A stretch of DNA of 64,000 nt. Source: Eledone cirrhosa (Eukaryota). Position 1 is the stretch's first letter. Each line of letters begins with the position of its first letter. The stretch is taken from NCBI GenBank assembly GCA_964016885.1, contig OZ024743.1, forward strand, positions 341,062,001 to 341,126,000, in the 5' to 3' direction. Under the pieces are notes generated by a model that worked only from the letters and a program-made list of their open reading frames with translations, did not search any database and was not told the DNA's origin. This document shows positions 11,572-24,693 of the stretch, piece by piece. Position numbers and translations under genes: made by a program.

Positions 11572-13540
11572 ATGGCTGTGTCACCCACACACACCAGCGA
11601 TATGTCTGCTGTCGTGCGACAACGACGTAGAATTTGAGAGGAGCGCTACGGCGAAATTAACACAAATTGATAACAGAAACACCACCTCAAACAATGTAAA
11701 CAAAGACACCAATGATACCAAAGAGAACTCTAATTTTGAAAAAATGACACTAACAGGGACAACGAAAATACAGATAACAAAAACAAAATGACAAATGCAA
11801 CAACAATATCAACACCACTAACATGAAAACAAATAGCGACAACACCAACAGCAACAATACCAACTGCACCGAGAACAACGGTGGCAACAAAGACAACAAT
11901 GATAACAGCGCCAGTGATAACAACAACACCAACAAGAACAACGACAACGACAACAACACCCCCAACGAAAACAAGAACACTTTCGCTGCGGCAGCAGCAA
12001 AAAAGAGGCCATGCTTCAACATGGACCTCTCAAACAAAGATGAAAAGTTGGCCCAGGCATGGAAGCTCATCAAGCAAGAGCAAACCTGGGCCAACTTAAC
12101 TGTCCCGGTAGAAGCTATTGAGGCAGTGGAGCGCAGAACGGTGCATTATAGATGCATCTCAGCACAAACCAAAAGGGCAGTTTTAATCCCACAAGCAGAT
12201 GTCGAAGTCGCGCTGAGGTGCATCAGGGAAGACACGGAATACATAGCGAGGGGCAGACAATAGGGCACCATTTCGGTGTTGTTCAAGTCAGAAGCCCTCG
12301 CTATGACTCCTTGCAAAACCAGCAAGGTCATAATGTACCCCTCCCACATGGGAAAAAGAACGTCTCCGCATTCCCAGAATCCCACCAGTACTTGACATGT
12401 GGTAGCTTCTGGGATGTGTGATTGTGGAGGGGATGGATACCGTCCCTATAGAAGTGACCAGAACGACCAGAGAGGACTGGTCCGGGGTTGGCCTGGAGAT
12501 CCTTCTCCAGATCAGGCCGGAGAATGTGAAGACAATCCCGGACCACATCCGCCTTCAGAATGGGACAGTCATTCACATTATGACCGAAGGCAAAAGGCCG
12601 CATTGTTTTGTTTGTGGGCAAAAAACCCATTTGCGAGCCTTCTGCCCTCAGCTGTTGAAAGAGGCAAAGGGTCGAAAGGCTCCACTGCTGCCGACGCCGG
12701 GAGGACCACAACCAACACCAGCACCGGAAAAACCACCAACAGCAACACCAATAGAAAGACCACCACCAACATTGACCACCCAGGGGGGAAACGAGGAAAG
12801 CTGTCAAATCCCCCCCCCCCCAAAAAAAATACACACACCAATAAAACCATAAACATACACACAGACACACTTACAGACACAGACCCCTCATATACCAGTA
12901 GTGAAGATGAGGGAAAACCCAAATCCCCCGAAATACAAAAAAAAAACGAAACACAAAAAGAAAAAAAAACTCAACAAAGCACAAAATCACCCACAATAAA
13001 AAACGCAGACAACACCCACGCAAACATCTCTCCAATAACACCAACATTAACACCACCATCACCATCACAGAATCCCCCAAACGCAAACAACCTAAACAAA
13101 CGAAAGAACAAATATACACACAAACATCTGAAACCACAGACACCGCACTCACAACAAACACAGACACAACCGAAACACCACCACCAAAACCATCACTACC
13201 ACAGCCACGCAAACAAATAAAATCCCACCAACAAAACATACAAAACTTCGTGCTCGTCATGAGGGCCAACAAGGAACTGATTGCCCTCGTAGCACGAAGT
13301 GAAAATATACAAAAAGAGGAGGAAATTTTTAAATCGAGCACATTTCTCGTGCCGGAAGATCTGGTTCTGGTGCGAATGTCGCTCGATTTATACAAATAAA
13401 TACGAGACAGCTTTCTTCGGGACGTGGGAACCCCGAACGTAAAACCCACTTCAAGACTTTTAAAGGGGTTCCCAAAAGAAACCCCACCAACTATGGAGGT
13501 CAAACAACCCGACCTTCACAAGAGCCCGGAAGGTAAGTAA
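11572..13540 (+). pseudogene. LINE ORF1 with CCHC zinc knuckle, interrupted
   Basis: TFAAAA and CFVCGQKTHLRAFC motifs; ends at gaa ggt aag taa. The start position is approximate. Confidence 0.75.
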
Positions 13541-13570
13541 ACCTTTCCTCTCTCTTTTTAACCTGCCAAC

Positions 13571-16500
13571 ATGGCCGTATTAAGAGTAGGATGTTTAAAT
13601 GTTCGAGGCCTGGGATCGTCCTGGAAGCAGGGTCACCTGCTCAACGACCTCATGTCTCTAGAAATGGATGTAATTGCCGTCAATGAGACCAGGATTTCCG
13701 ACACGCGCGCACTAACCCCCCATTTTCGATGACTATCAGATCTTTGCATCTGTTAGTCGGCCGGGAAGGGGAGGCGGGGTGGCAGTGCTGTTTAGGAAAG
13801 GCCTGGATCTCGAGGTAAGGTCGATCTTCCGGGACCCGGACGGGAAGTTGGTAGTCTTGGACGTGAACAATAACGAAGGTGGTGCCTTTACTGTTAGCGG
13901 GGGACTGGAACGGCATCTTAGACGCACGCTGGGACTGTATGGGAGTATCCGATAGGAGCGGGGGGTGCGAAAGTTTCAAGAACCTGATCAGCCAGTTCCA
14001 ACTGGCTGACAGGTACCGACTAGATTTCCCTAATGCGCCAGTGTGGACCTGGACTACCCGCATAGGGTCATCTAGATCGTATATAGACAGGATATTCATT
14101 AGGAAAATAGACAAAAATAGTGTAAGCTGTCCACGTTTTGAAACGGTTGCCTATTCAGATCACAAGTTTGTGATCTGTATGGTCGACCTAGATAAGACGC
14201 GTAGGTTAGGACCTGGCTACTGGAAGCTAAACATGTCATTTCCGGCACGTAAGGCTTACATGGACCAGGTCAACAATTTAGTTAAGAAAAGGTTGACAAG
14301 GGGAGTCGTCAACAATAGATGGTGGGGGGCTCTCAAAAGAGAGATTAGAGCAATCTCGATAGCGTTTAGCAAAGAAGTAGCGTTAGAGTAAAAAAAGAAA
14401 GGAGGGGGAGTTGGTAGATAAGTTAGACGAGGCTATTGGTAGTGGCATTGCAACTGATGTTCTAGCGGCGAGAATGGCATTATACCATTTCTTCAATACG
14501 AAACACGAAGTTAGCATTGTCAGAGCTAAGGCGCGTGCTCTGAGAAACGAGGGAACCAAAGCTATTCGATGGGCCCGCGTGGCAGAGGCGCAGCGTGTTA
14601 ATAAAACCACGATTCGGTCTTTGACGGACCGAGGCGGACACGAGCTGAGCGATTTCAAGCGGATGTGTGAGGCCTTTCGCCAACATTTTGCTTGGTTGTT
14701 CGGGGGAAATAGCGGGTCAGAGATGGTGGCGGACTTCAGTCCCTACCTCGATAGCTTGCCGCAACTCTCGACGGCTGACGCTAGGCGCTGCGAAAGGCCA
14801 ATTACTTATGCCGAGATTCAGGATGCCCTTTTCGGCTGCATGAGGCGCAAGTAACCCGGTTTGGATGATCTACCCTACGAGCTTTACGAAAATATGCCAG
14901 ACTTGTTCTCCAATCTCCTCGAAGCCCTCTACTGCAACTGGCAGCAAAACGGGAGTATTCCCAGGTCTGTGAGCCGGGGCGTAGTGACGCTGATAAGGAA
15001 AGACGAGAACAAGAGTGACACATTAGACAAGTTCAGGCCCATAACTCTGCTCAACACAGAGTTTAAGATTTTGGCCAGGGTGTTAGCGAAGAGGTTGGCG
15101 CTTGTCGTCGGGGATTTGGTTGGGGAGGCGCAAACTTGCGCAATCCCAACCAGGTCCATACACGACAACCTCCACCTAATGCGAGACATCATAGAGAGGG
15201 TAGGGTGTAAACCTGGCTTCGGTGGGGCTCTGATCAACTTATATCAATCGAAAGCATTCGATAGGGTCGACCATCGGTACCTGGAGGCTGTCCTCAAGGC
15301 GGCTGGCTTCGGCTCCGTCTTCAGGAGCTGGATCGCTGCAATGCACAGTGGCACCTGCTCGATGGTCAAAATTAATGGCCACCACTCACAACCGTTTCGA
15401 GTCTTCCGATCGGTCCGTCAAGGGTGCCCTCTCTCATCCCCTCTGTACGTATTGACTCTCGAGCCTTTACTGCGGAAGCTGGAGCTGTTGCAGGGCATCC
15501 CGCTCGAACTGCGACGCGGAAACGCTGTGTCGGCTTATGCGGACGACATCACAGTCCTGGTGTCGGACACCTCAGAAATCGAGGTGGTCGGCAACTTATT
15601 GGAGGCATATGAAAGGTTGACGGGAGCAAAACTTAACCCGGAAAAGTCGGTGGGCTTGCAACTCGGCACCTGGAGAGGCAAGTCCATGCCGTCCAACAGC
15701 GTCGTGGGGCGTTGGACGGACGGACCGGTAAAGTTGCTCGGGGTTTGGTTCGAGCCAGACCTCCAGGTGGATAAGAATTGGGACGAGGTGACGGGCAGGG
15801 TAGCCAGTCTCACCCAGAAATGGGCTGGGATGAAGCTATCACTGAAAGGTCGGGCGGAGATGGCGAACGCGTACATCGCGTCCGTCATCTACTACCGTCT
15901 GACCGTCGTCACTTGCCCCCGTTCGTGCCTCGCCATCTTGGAGCGGCTCCTCTTCAAATTCTTGTGGAGGGGTCATGTTCAGTTGGTGAGGCGGTCCATC
16001 TGCCGCCAGCACCCTCTACGTGGAGGGCTGGGCATGCCGTGGCTAATGATGCGCATGCACGCGCTGAGGCCACGGCATCTCCAGATATTCTGCCTAAACG
16101 GTGAACAGGTGTGGTCGCCGTTTATCAGACAGGCCTTTCCGCAGCTCGTTTCTTTGACTGAGCTGCAGTCCTGGGTCAAGAAGTGACCGAGACTGGGTGA
16201 CTGGCATCTGGAATGTTGCCAGGCACTCACTGCCCTCTACCAGGTGGGCAATGCGGTCAGTGGAACTTCCACTCTCGAGTTCTATAGAGGATTTGAGGTG
16301 GGAAAGTGCGAAGACGCACTCGGAGAGGCTCTGGGAGTCAACGATGTCGAACTAAGCAGTCTGTACTGGAGGACTTTCGAGCCGGGGACGATGGATAATT
16401 TCCAAAAATCCCTCGCTTGGCAGTGCTACTGGGGGGCACTGCCGGTTCGAGATAAACTCTACAGGCACGGAAGTGCTGTCAGACGGACCTGCCCGAGATG

Positions 16501-16894
16501 CGCGCAGAGCGATGAAACCGTTCTGCACGCACTCGTCCAGTGTCCGTGCATTACTGACTTGAACGGCTGTTGTCGCGTGTAGAACGGATCCGGCTATCGG
16601 CTGAGTCCATAGTGAAGATCGACTCGCCGCCTTCTTTTTGCCAGGAAGGGCAGGAAATTTTCCTCTCTCTGGTGGCAGTAGCGAAAGAGGTTGTATGGTG
16701 GACGAGGTTGAAAGGACTTAAGACAGAGACTTTTCTCTTCGGCCAATCACCTCATCAACTTTTTCAAGTTTCACTTGGAAAGGAAGGTGAGGGTGGAGAG
16801 AGAAATGCTTCCCCCCAGTACATTTGCTGAAAGGTGGGTGAATGTGGCGAGAATGGCGCGTGTGAGTGGGCCTACTCTGGTCATGCGGCTGTAG
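13571..16894 (+). pseudogene. LINE ORF2 (APE-RT-CCHC), interrupted
   Basis: LAGDWN, SYIDRIF, YSDH, FRPITLLN, SKAFDRVDH, RQGCPLS, AYADDI and CPRC..SDETVLHALVQC motifs. Confidence 0.94.
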
Positions 16895-17170
16895 GTAGGT
16901 AAATTTGAGGAGGAGGAGAGGGGTGCCCTTCCAGGGTGCTCTCGAAGCGTCAGGTCGTTCAGGATTGGTGGGGTACCTGAGCGAACCCTGGGTTGTCATC
17001 CCCCCCTATTGGGGAATTTTTTCTTGTAATTTTATTGTTACTTTGTTATTGTTATTCATATTGTTTACTCAATTTTTCTGTAAAACCCCACTGTCGCAGT
17101 CTTTTGTATTGTTCCCTATATGTCGGCCCTTGTGGCCAATAAATGAAATCATTATTATTATTATTATTAT

Positions 17171-17345
17171 TATCGGTAGAGGATCGGACGCCATGCTTTG
17201 TAGCACAGTTATGTCCCTTTATGGACTGAGTTCAAACCCCGCCGAGGTAAACTTTGCCTTTCATCCTTACGGGGTCGATAAAATAAAGTACCAGTAATGT
17301 ACTGGGATAATTGCTGGCCTTGTGCCAAAAAGCAGAAACAATTAT
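17171..17345 (+). mobile_element. tRNA-derived SINE (family 1, (ATT)n tail), 5'-truncated
   Basis: B-box-like gagttcaaaccc; conserved core gcctttcatccttacggggtcgataaaataaagtaccag (Deu/Nin-like from memory); many copies in the window. Confidence 0.9.
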
Positions 17346-17374
17346 TATTATTATTATTATTATAATATATACTT

Positions 17375-17655
17375 GGAGGCTCATGCCCTAGTGGTAAGGG
17401 CGTTAGCCTTGCGATCATAATGTGGTAGGTTCGATTTCTGGGTTGCGTTTTGTGTTCTTGAGCAAAACACTTCATTTCACGTGGCTTCAGTATACTCAGC
17501 TGAAAATAAGTACCAGCAATAGCTGGAGGTTTAACCCGGTGGTGGACTGGCGTCCTGTCCTAGGGGAAATCTTGTACTCTCATTCTATTCACGCTATGAA
17601 ACCGGGATAAGCACCGCCCAAAGGAGCCTTCTGGCTTAAGACGGATTGTAAATTT
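17375..17655 (+). mobile_element. tRNA-derived SINE (family 2, V-domain-like core)
   Basis: A-box-like tgccctagtggt, B-box ggttcgatttc and core gtgttcttgagcaaaacactt. Confidence 0.75.
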
Positions 17656-17661
17656 TATAAG

Positions 17662-17701
<40 letters not shown>

Positions 17702-17802
17702 CAGTCCGTCGTCATTCTTGCATGGCAGTATCAGAAATGAACTCAATTTCTTCCACTAAACATTATGTTTACTCTTAATCGACGTATATCTTGACTTCAT
17801 CA

Positions 17803-18124
17803 AACAACTATGAGTAAAGTATTTCCCTTGGGAAACAAATGTTCTTCATTATATAAGACCGGCTCATGTTTTGTTGCACCGTTAGCTCTTCCATGCAGCC
17901 TGCAGCATTACTATTGATTGATTTGAGAATTTCTTTGACCCTAAATGGAATCTCTGCATGACTAACAACTGTGAGTAAAGTATTTCTCTTGGGAAACAAA
18001 TTTTCCGCATTATATAAAACCGGCTTATGTTTTGTTGCATCGTTAGCTCTTCCATGCATCCTGCAGTATTGCTATTGATTAATTTGATAATATCGTCGGC
18101 AGTAAATCGAATCTCTGCACGACT
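17803..18124. repeat. Two-copy tandem duplication, period about 161 bp
   Basis: aacaact(a/g)tgagtaaagtattt... begins at 17803 and again at 17964. Confidence 0.9.
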
Positions 18125-19861
18125 CGTTTCACAACATTAAAGTGTACAGAACATGAGTTTATCTGAGTGGCCTAATCTTTTATGCCACTGTACGAAGATT
18201 ATCATATTAATGGAATTTCCCGGACTTCCTGATCGTTGATGGTGCTATCAAATTTCCAATGAGGTTATACATCACTAGCCTCGTATGAGTTCAGCAGCAT
18301 CACCTAGTGGTGACATCTAATGAATCTATTTTTCCCAAGTTCCTCATACCATCAACGCCAACACGTCATTTTGGCCAACCAAATATCTTCCTTTAATATA
18401 AAATTGGTATGATACGTCAAATTTTTCAAAGAGATTTTCTTCTTTCGTCATACATTTGTACATTGAGAAATAATTGGGCATTTTCTGTAAAGCAGTCGAC
18501 CATCTTTTATTTACCTGTTTGGAACATTGTTAATGCATCAACTGACCTCAGTTGATTAGCATACATCTTCAGTGAAATCAGCAGCAGCAGTATGAAGCGC
18601 GACCATTTTGTTTCTTCCACTACTTGAATGTTACGATGTTGCAGTTTCCTGATGGTTTCTTTGAATTCAGCGAGATGACTGAGTGTTGAAGGCATTTCAG
18701 GCAAGCCTGATTGTTCAGCTCTAACTGTGAAGTAAATGTAATATCCTCGAACCGGCTTTGATATTTACTCGTTAGTTTATCAAACACAGCTGTCGTAATA
18801 TCATCAATGCGGCGTTTGATATTGTTTTCTTTTGATTCCTGACACTATTTATATATCTCAGAATAGCCTTTATTTCCTGTTCACCAACTTCAATGAAGTT
18901 CAGAGGACTGTGACTGTCATCTTTGGAGACTACTGTGATACATATTTTTGATCGAAGCGATTGTTGATCTGTGCAGAGTTCGTTTGATATATACATGACC
19001 TCTCTCCTGCTGTCCAGTTATAATATCTAGAAAATGCAAATAATTTTAGGGCCGATGCATTCAGGTCATTGTTCTTTTTTTCAATCTTATTTGGTTGTAG
19101 TTAAATAAGATGTTTATTTTCACATTATCAATTCATTGTCAGATTGTAATTATTTGTGCGTGCATTTATAAATTATATGCGTTTATAGATTATGTGTTTG
19201 TTTGTGTATGTGTATGTCTTTACGTATGTGTCTGAATATGAGCGGGTATGTGTTGAAGTGTGTGTGTGTGTGTATGTGCGCGTGTGTGTGCGCGGCTGTG
19301 TCTGTGTGATTATATGCCTCTGATGAATATAACAGGTTTGAGATGATATGCCACCCAAAAGGTTACCGAAAACATGCAGGTATGTCAAGCTCAATATTTA
19401 GTGCTTATATATATACATATATATATGATGTTGCAGAAGTGCAATGAAAGAATTTTGTTAGACTATATATGTGTTTATATCTATATGATATCTGTATTTT
19501 TGACCGTTGGTCAGTTAATGATAAACATTGAGCACCAAATGAATTAACTGTGGAGATATAAAAGATACAGAAGCGAAAACCAAACAAACAGTGAGTGTGT
19601 TCTGTTATTATTTCTGGCAATATTATTACAACAATATGACCCTCCGCAAGTATAACAATATATATATATGCCCACAGGCCGACCATTGCTCTGCGAAATA
19701 GGTTTTACTTCGAGATATATATCGACATTAGAGGTAGATAATATATTTTTTGTACATCTCAGAGGAAAAATATTTTAACTTATGTAATTTCTTATTTTTT
19801 ATGAAAACTAATTTCCAACAAGTACATATATGCATATAGACTAACATCCAGTGATGTATTC

Positions 19862-19915
<54 letters not shown>

Positions 19916-20152
19916 GCAAAAATCACGAGCACTTTATCTCAAAATTATTTATAGCATAAAAAAAAAGGTAAAAACTTAAAACAAAAACTGAATAATAACT
20001 AATACATATTACTAATTTATACTTATTCCTAATTAAACTATTTTTCACTGGGAAAAATTTGTCAGCATTTTCTTTCCCTTTTTGCTAATATATATATATA
20101 TATATGAATATCCGCCCGATAAGGTTGAATCTTCATGAGTATGTAAAATTTT

Positions 20153-20218
20153 GTATTTTATCTGATGAAAGCGCACCAAGTTTGGGTTGGTTGCTCTTGA
20201 AATATATATAATAATATA
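20153..20218 (+). ncRNA. Minimal type-I hammerhead ribozyme (Penelope-like)
   Basis: tattttat-CTGATGA-aagcgcaccaa(gtttggg)ttggttgctctt-GAAA-tatata-TA-ataatata; stem III is palindromic. Confidence 0.7.
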
Positions 20219-20350
20219 AATATGGTTTTATAAATATAGTTTCCATTTATTTAATATCATGAAATATTTACTCCAGTAAACTGTTGAGTGCTCTAAATCA
20301 GGTATAAACATTTACGTTTGTCGGAATTCCAACAAATTAAATACAACTTC

Positions 20351-20413
<63 letters not shown>

Positions 20414-20473
20414 CGTTTCTGAATTTGGTGCGTGTGTTTCTTATTGGCAACATGACCCTCCCAAAGTATAAGA

Positions 20474-20506
<33 letters not shown>

Positions 20507-20549
20507 GACACGCACATATACATATACACATACATCTCTCTCTCTCTAA

Positions 20550-20583
<34 letters not shown>

Positions 20584-21029
20584 GTGTGTATGTGTGTGTG
20601 TGTGTATTTGTATCGGTGTGTGTGTATGCGTCTGTATTTGTATATGTGTCCGTTTGCGTTTGTGTGTGTGCGCATGTGCTTGTGTACGTGTATGTACGCT
20701 CACATGTGTTAGTTCATGTATCAGTATCGGGGATTGAATGTGTATGGGTTTGTCTATACACGTCTATGAACGTATTTTTAAGTATGTCAGCCAATACTGA
20801 CATACGGAGAAAAACATATATTACACATATTACAGAGAATTACAACCTGCACATTATATGTTTCCTTATATTACCACATATTTGCTGGGTTCATGATTTC
20901 CTATCGATTTTTCCATAAACAAGCATATGAAAATTACATGTTTTCGTGTGAAGCGTGTGGTTACTTAAAAATTATGATTTTTATAATAAACTTGCATTTT
21001 AGTCTAGATTCAAGCACATCATAACTTAA

Positions 21030-21186
21030 CGTCATCGAATGGTTAAGAAGTTCGCTTCGCATTCATCAGGTTCTCAGTTCAATCCTGTTGCGTCGTATCT
21101 TGGGAAAGTATAATTTCCATAACCTCGGGTTGACTTGTGTCTAATGAGGATGATTGGGTTGAGAAAAACTATTTTAAAACCCGTCG
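21030..21186 (+). mobile_element. Degenerate tRNA-SINE (third family)
   Basis: tggttaagaagttcgct...cagttcaatcc...cttgggaaag...cccgtcg layout. Confidence 0.55.
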
Positions 21187-22810
21187 GATTGACTGTACCT
21201 GTAATTCAGAATATCTCCCCTAATATTCTGTTAAGGGATGTGTGTGTGCCTTGTTCAACATCATAAACGTTAATTTCATGAGTAGGTTTACCCATTGACC
21301 GAAAAACCTGAGCATTCATCGTCGAAACTGACTGAGTCAGAGATGGGGAGGCATAGTAAACAACGTGCTGCTTCGTTCGTCTCTGGGACAAAAACATAAA
21401 CACAATTTATTTTCTCTTCTCTGCTTTTTCTTTGCTTGTTTCCTTAAAGTTTACCATCATTTCGTTGGTATACATCTATTACACAATGTATAGCCTAAGA
21501 TATCACCAGGCCACTGACCTGTCTATAGTGTTCAATATATTTCACTTTATAATCCACTTACACTAATTTCACTTTATAATACACTTACTCCGTTCCCGCA
21601 CTATTAACATGATTCAACATGAAAAATGGATGACTTGCATAACGTCGCGTGCTTTTTTCCATATTACGTGATTATAAACCTTGCTGAATGACCAATTGTA
21701 CCCAGTGGTAAACCACCAAATTTAAACGTATATATATAAATATAAATATATATATATATTCATACATATACACACGCATACACACATACACACACACACG
21801 CACAAACGCACACACACAATATATAAACATATACACATGTACAGATCCATACATATATAAACGTATGTACGGAGACAGCAGTGCTTGCCCTTAAAATCTA
21901 TATATAAGTTACATTCTTTCTTTAATTGTTTGGAATATTGTATGGAAGGACATGGACGTGAAAAATTTGTAGAGTGGCACATATAGAGCGTCGTTATATT
22001 TCTTGGTACGAAATTTAGCCGGGGTCAAGTAGGTATTTTATTCAGGGCTAGATGAAATAAATACTATGCATCATATAATAGAATGCGTATTCTACGAATT
22101 GTGTAGCCTTGTGTCTAACATAAAAACCAATATAATTGAATTGTGTAGAGAATGTTATTTTAAAAGTTTACTTAACATTCGTTTTCCAGAAGTTCTAATA
22201 TAACGTAATTTAACATAAAATGTCTTTTCTGTCGTTTTTATTGCATACATCTAATCCAATATATAGTAAGAGAAGAACCTGATATTGACAGATGGAAGTC
22301 AAATTTTGGAATAAAAGCATTTTAGAAACACACTGTTGATCTGGCTAACATGTATGTATTACATGATGCTATTAGATGTAGTAACCAAAATCACCCTCAA
22401 ATCATTTCTTACTCTCGTAAAAATAACAGGGAATTAATTTATACATTCCTAGATACTCAAACGCATACATGGATCAACCCTTTCGTCATAGATCTAGTTG
22501 ACCTGCAATAAAATCGGAATACACAAGACTTATAGCCACTAAAAGATACATAAACAGACTTATAGCTAGTAAAAGATAAAATCAGACGAGGGTCTTCAAG
22601 GGTCGAAGAGGCATTTCATTGTGTTACTAAATATTACAAGTATGCATTAAAACCAATGCAATTCAATATGCAATATGTAATGGACAATATTATACTAAGA
22701 AAAGAGAAAGAAATCAGCGCATTTACGGTAATTATAGGAGTGGTGTTGCCGACAAGAATGGATGGGTGTGTTGATGGTAAGTCTTATAAATGCATTTGTA
22801 AATATATATC

Positions 22811-22844
<34 letters not shown>

Positions 22845-23012
22845 TATAGATAGGTAAATATACACGGGTGTATATGATTGTGTATAGAAGATTATATTAA
22901 TAAGAGGAATTCCAACTTTGTCTGATTTACTCGTTTTATTTACAATCCTTTAAAATATATAATGGTATTATAATGAAATAGTATGATAGAATATTAAATT
23001 CTAAGTGTTAAT

Positions 23013-23051
23013 TGAACAAGTACTTTCATGCTTTTGCAATCTTCAGGTTCA
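23013..23051 (-). ncRNA. Minimal type-I hammerhead ribozyme
   Basis: Minus strand reads tgaac-CTGAAGA-ttgc(aaaa)gcat-GAAA-gtac-TT-gttca: perfect 5-bp stem I and palindromic AGTACT stem III. Confidence 0.7.
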
Positions 23052-23145
23052 TAATATGTGGTGACAGTCGAGTTTGCAATTTTCAACAATATATATATAT
23101 ATATTAAAATAACAGATTAACGTTTAAGTCTTATAAATGCATTTG

Positions 23146-23180
<35 letters not shown>

Positions 23181-23187
<7 letters not shown>

Positions 23188-23602
23188 TAACAGATTAAAG
23201 TTTAAGCAAAGAATCGCTGCTTTCACCCTAACGGGATCTTCTGAAACTAACAAAGTCAATCTGTAAACGCAGAAGTGGATATTTCAAAAAACGTTGCAAC
23301 CAGAGGAAGACAGGAAGATGATACTTTGGTTCGTGGAAACGTTTCCTGGCAAAGAACGGGAAAAAACGAATAATACGTCATTAATAGGAGCGGTGAAAAA
23401 CAATTACGTGCAAAGACAGAACCACGTTTATGGTATAAAAGAAGTCGTAGACTAATATTCTATTAGGTGGTTCATAGAGACGTTCTCTAGCAATGAACGG
23501 AAAAAACGAAGATAATACGTCATATGTGGAGCGTGAAGAACAATTGCACGCAAAGACAAAACCACGTAAATGGTATAGCTGAAGTCGTAGACTAAAATTC
23601 TA
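23181..23602 (-). mobile_element. Non-coding dispersed repeat carrying a CAGAAGA-core hammerhead (23199-23248) and an internal ~140-bp tandem duplication
   Basis: Paralogs at about 46425-46608, 55776-55860, 56013-56083, 56773-56843 and 62725-62876. The repeat ends about 25 nt after the predicted cleavage site, usually running into TA-rich sequence. Confidence 0.8.
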
Positions 23603-23869
23603 ACTAGGAAACCGAATGATTCTCCGCTTCAGAGTTAAGAATAAAGTAAATAAAATACAATACAGAGGTAATTGATATTAAATAAATACATACACGCATC
23701 GAAATACGTACATACACAAGCATACGCGAAAACACTCGCCATATGTATACAAAACCACGCACATATAAATATGTGTGTGTGCGTGTGGGCGTGTATACAA
23801 ATAAATAAGTAATTAAATAAACGTATATAAATAAATAAATACGTATATGACAAGCGAACACACATACCT

Positions 23870-24012
23870 ACATATAAATATATGTATTTATATATATATA
23901 TATATATATATATGTACGTATGTATGTATATATATGTATGTAAGTATATATATGTATGTATGTATATATATATGTATATATATATATATGTATGTATGTA
24001 TGTATATATATG

Positions 24013-24044
<32 letters not shown>

Positions 24045-24080
24045 TATATATATATGTATGTATATATATATATATATGTA

Positions 24081-24135
<55 letters not shown>

Positions 24136-24661
24136 GTATATATGTATATATATATATATGTAAGTATATATGTATATATATATATATGTATGTATATATG
24201 TATATATATGTATGTATATATGTATATATATATATGTATGTATGTATATATGTATATATATATATGTATGTATGTATATATATATATATATATATCAGGG
24301 TTGCAGGTGTTATATCAGAGTTTTCCTTCTCCTAGAATGATGTTGACTTGTTCTTCTTTTTGGTAAATATCATCTTGGTTAAGAGAGTGGGACTGGCTTT
24401 GTGCAGTGCCTTTGCTCACTATAAAAGCTTCACGGCACAGGCATTGCTTTATATCTGGAGATCTCTCTGCACTTGTCGTCACATGGTACCATGGGCCCAG
24501 CACTATGTGTCAATAATTGTCACAAGTGTAGTGTTTGTTACAGAGTTTTCAAGTCGCTGGCTGGACTAAAAAGTCACACCCGTTCGGCGCATCGGTAGGG
24601 GTTCTCCTATATGGATATAAAGTAGTGGCCGTACTCGAAAACGAGTTGGCAGCCACCATAT

Positions 24662-24693
<32 letters not shown>

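Larger units (their letters stand above)
11367..17150 (+). mobile_element. Second full-length, decayed Tx1/L1-type LINE, tandem with the first
   Basis: Same 5' UTR family as 5656; ORF1 and ORF2; (ATT)n tail. Confidence 0.93.

Noticed and set aside
8661-16230. Numerous antisense and alternative-frame ORFs within the LINEs
   Set aside because: Shadow frames of GC-richer ORF2 sequence with no independent motifs.
17171-17440. tRNA genes
   Set aside because: Only A/B-box-like SINE heads; no cloverleaf can be formed.
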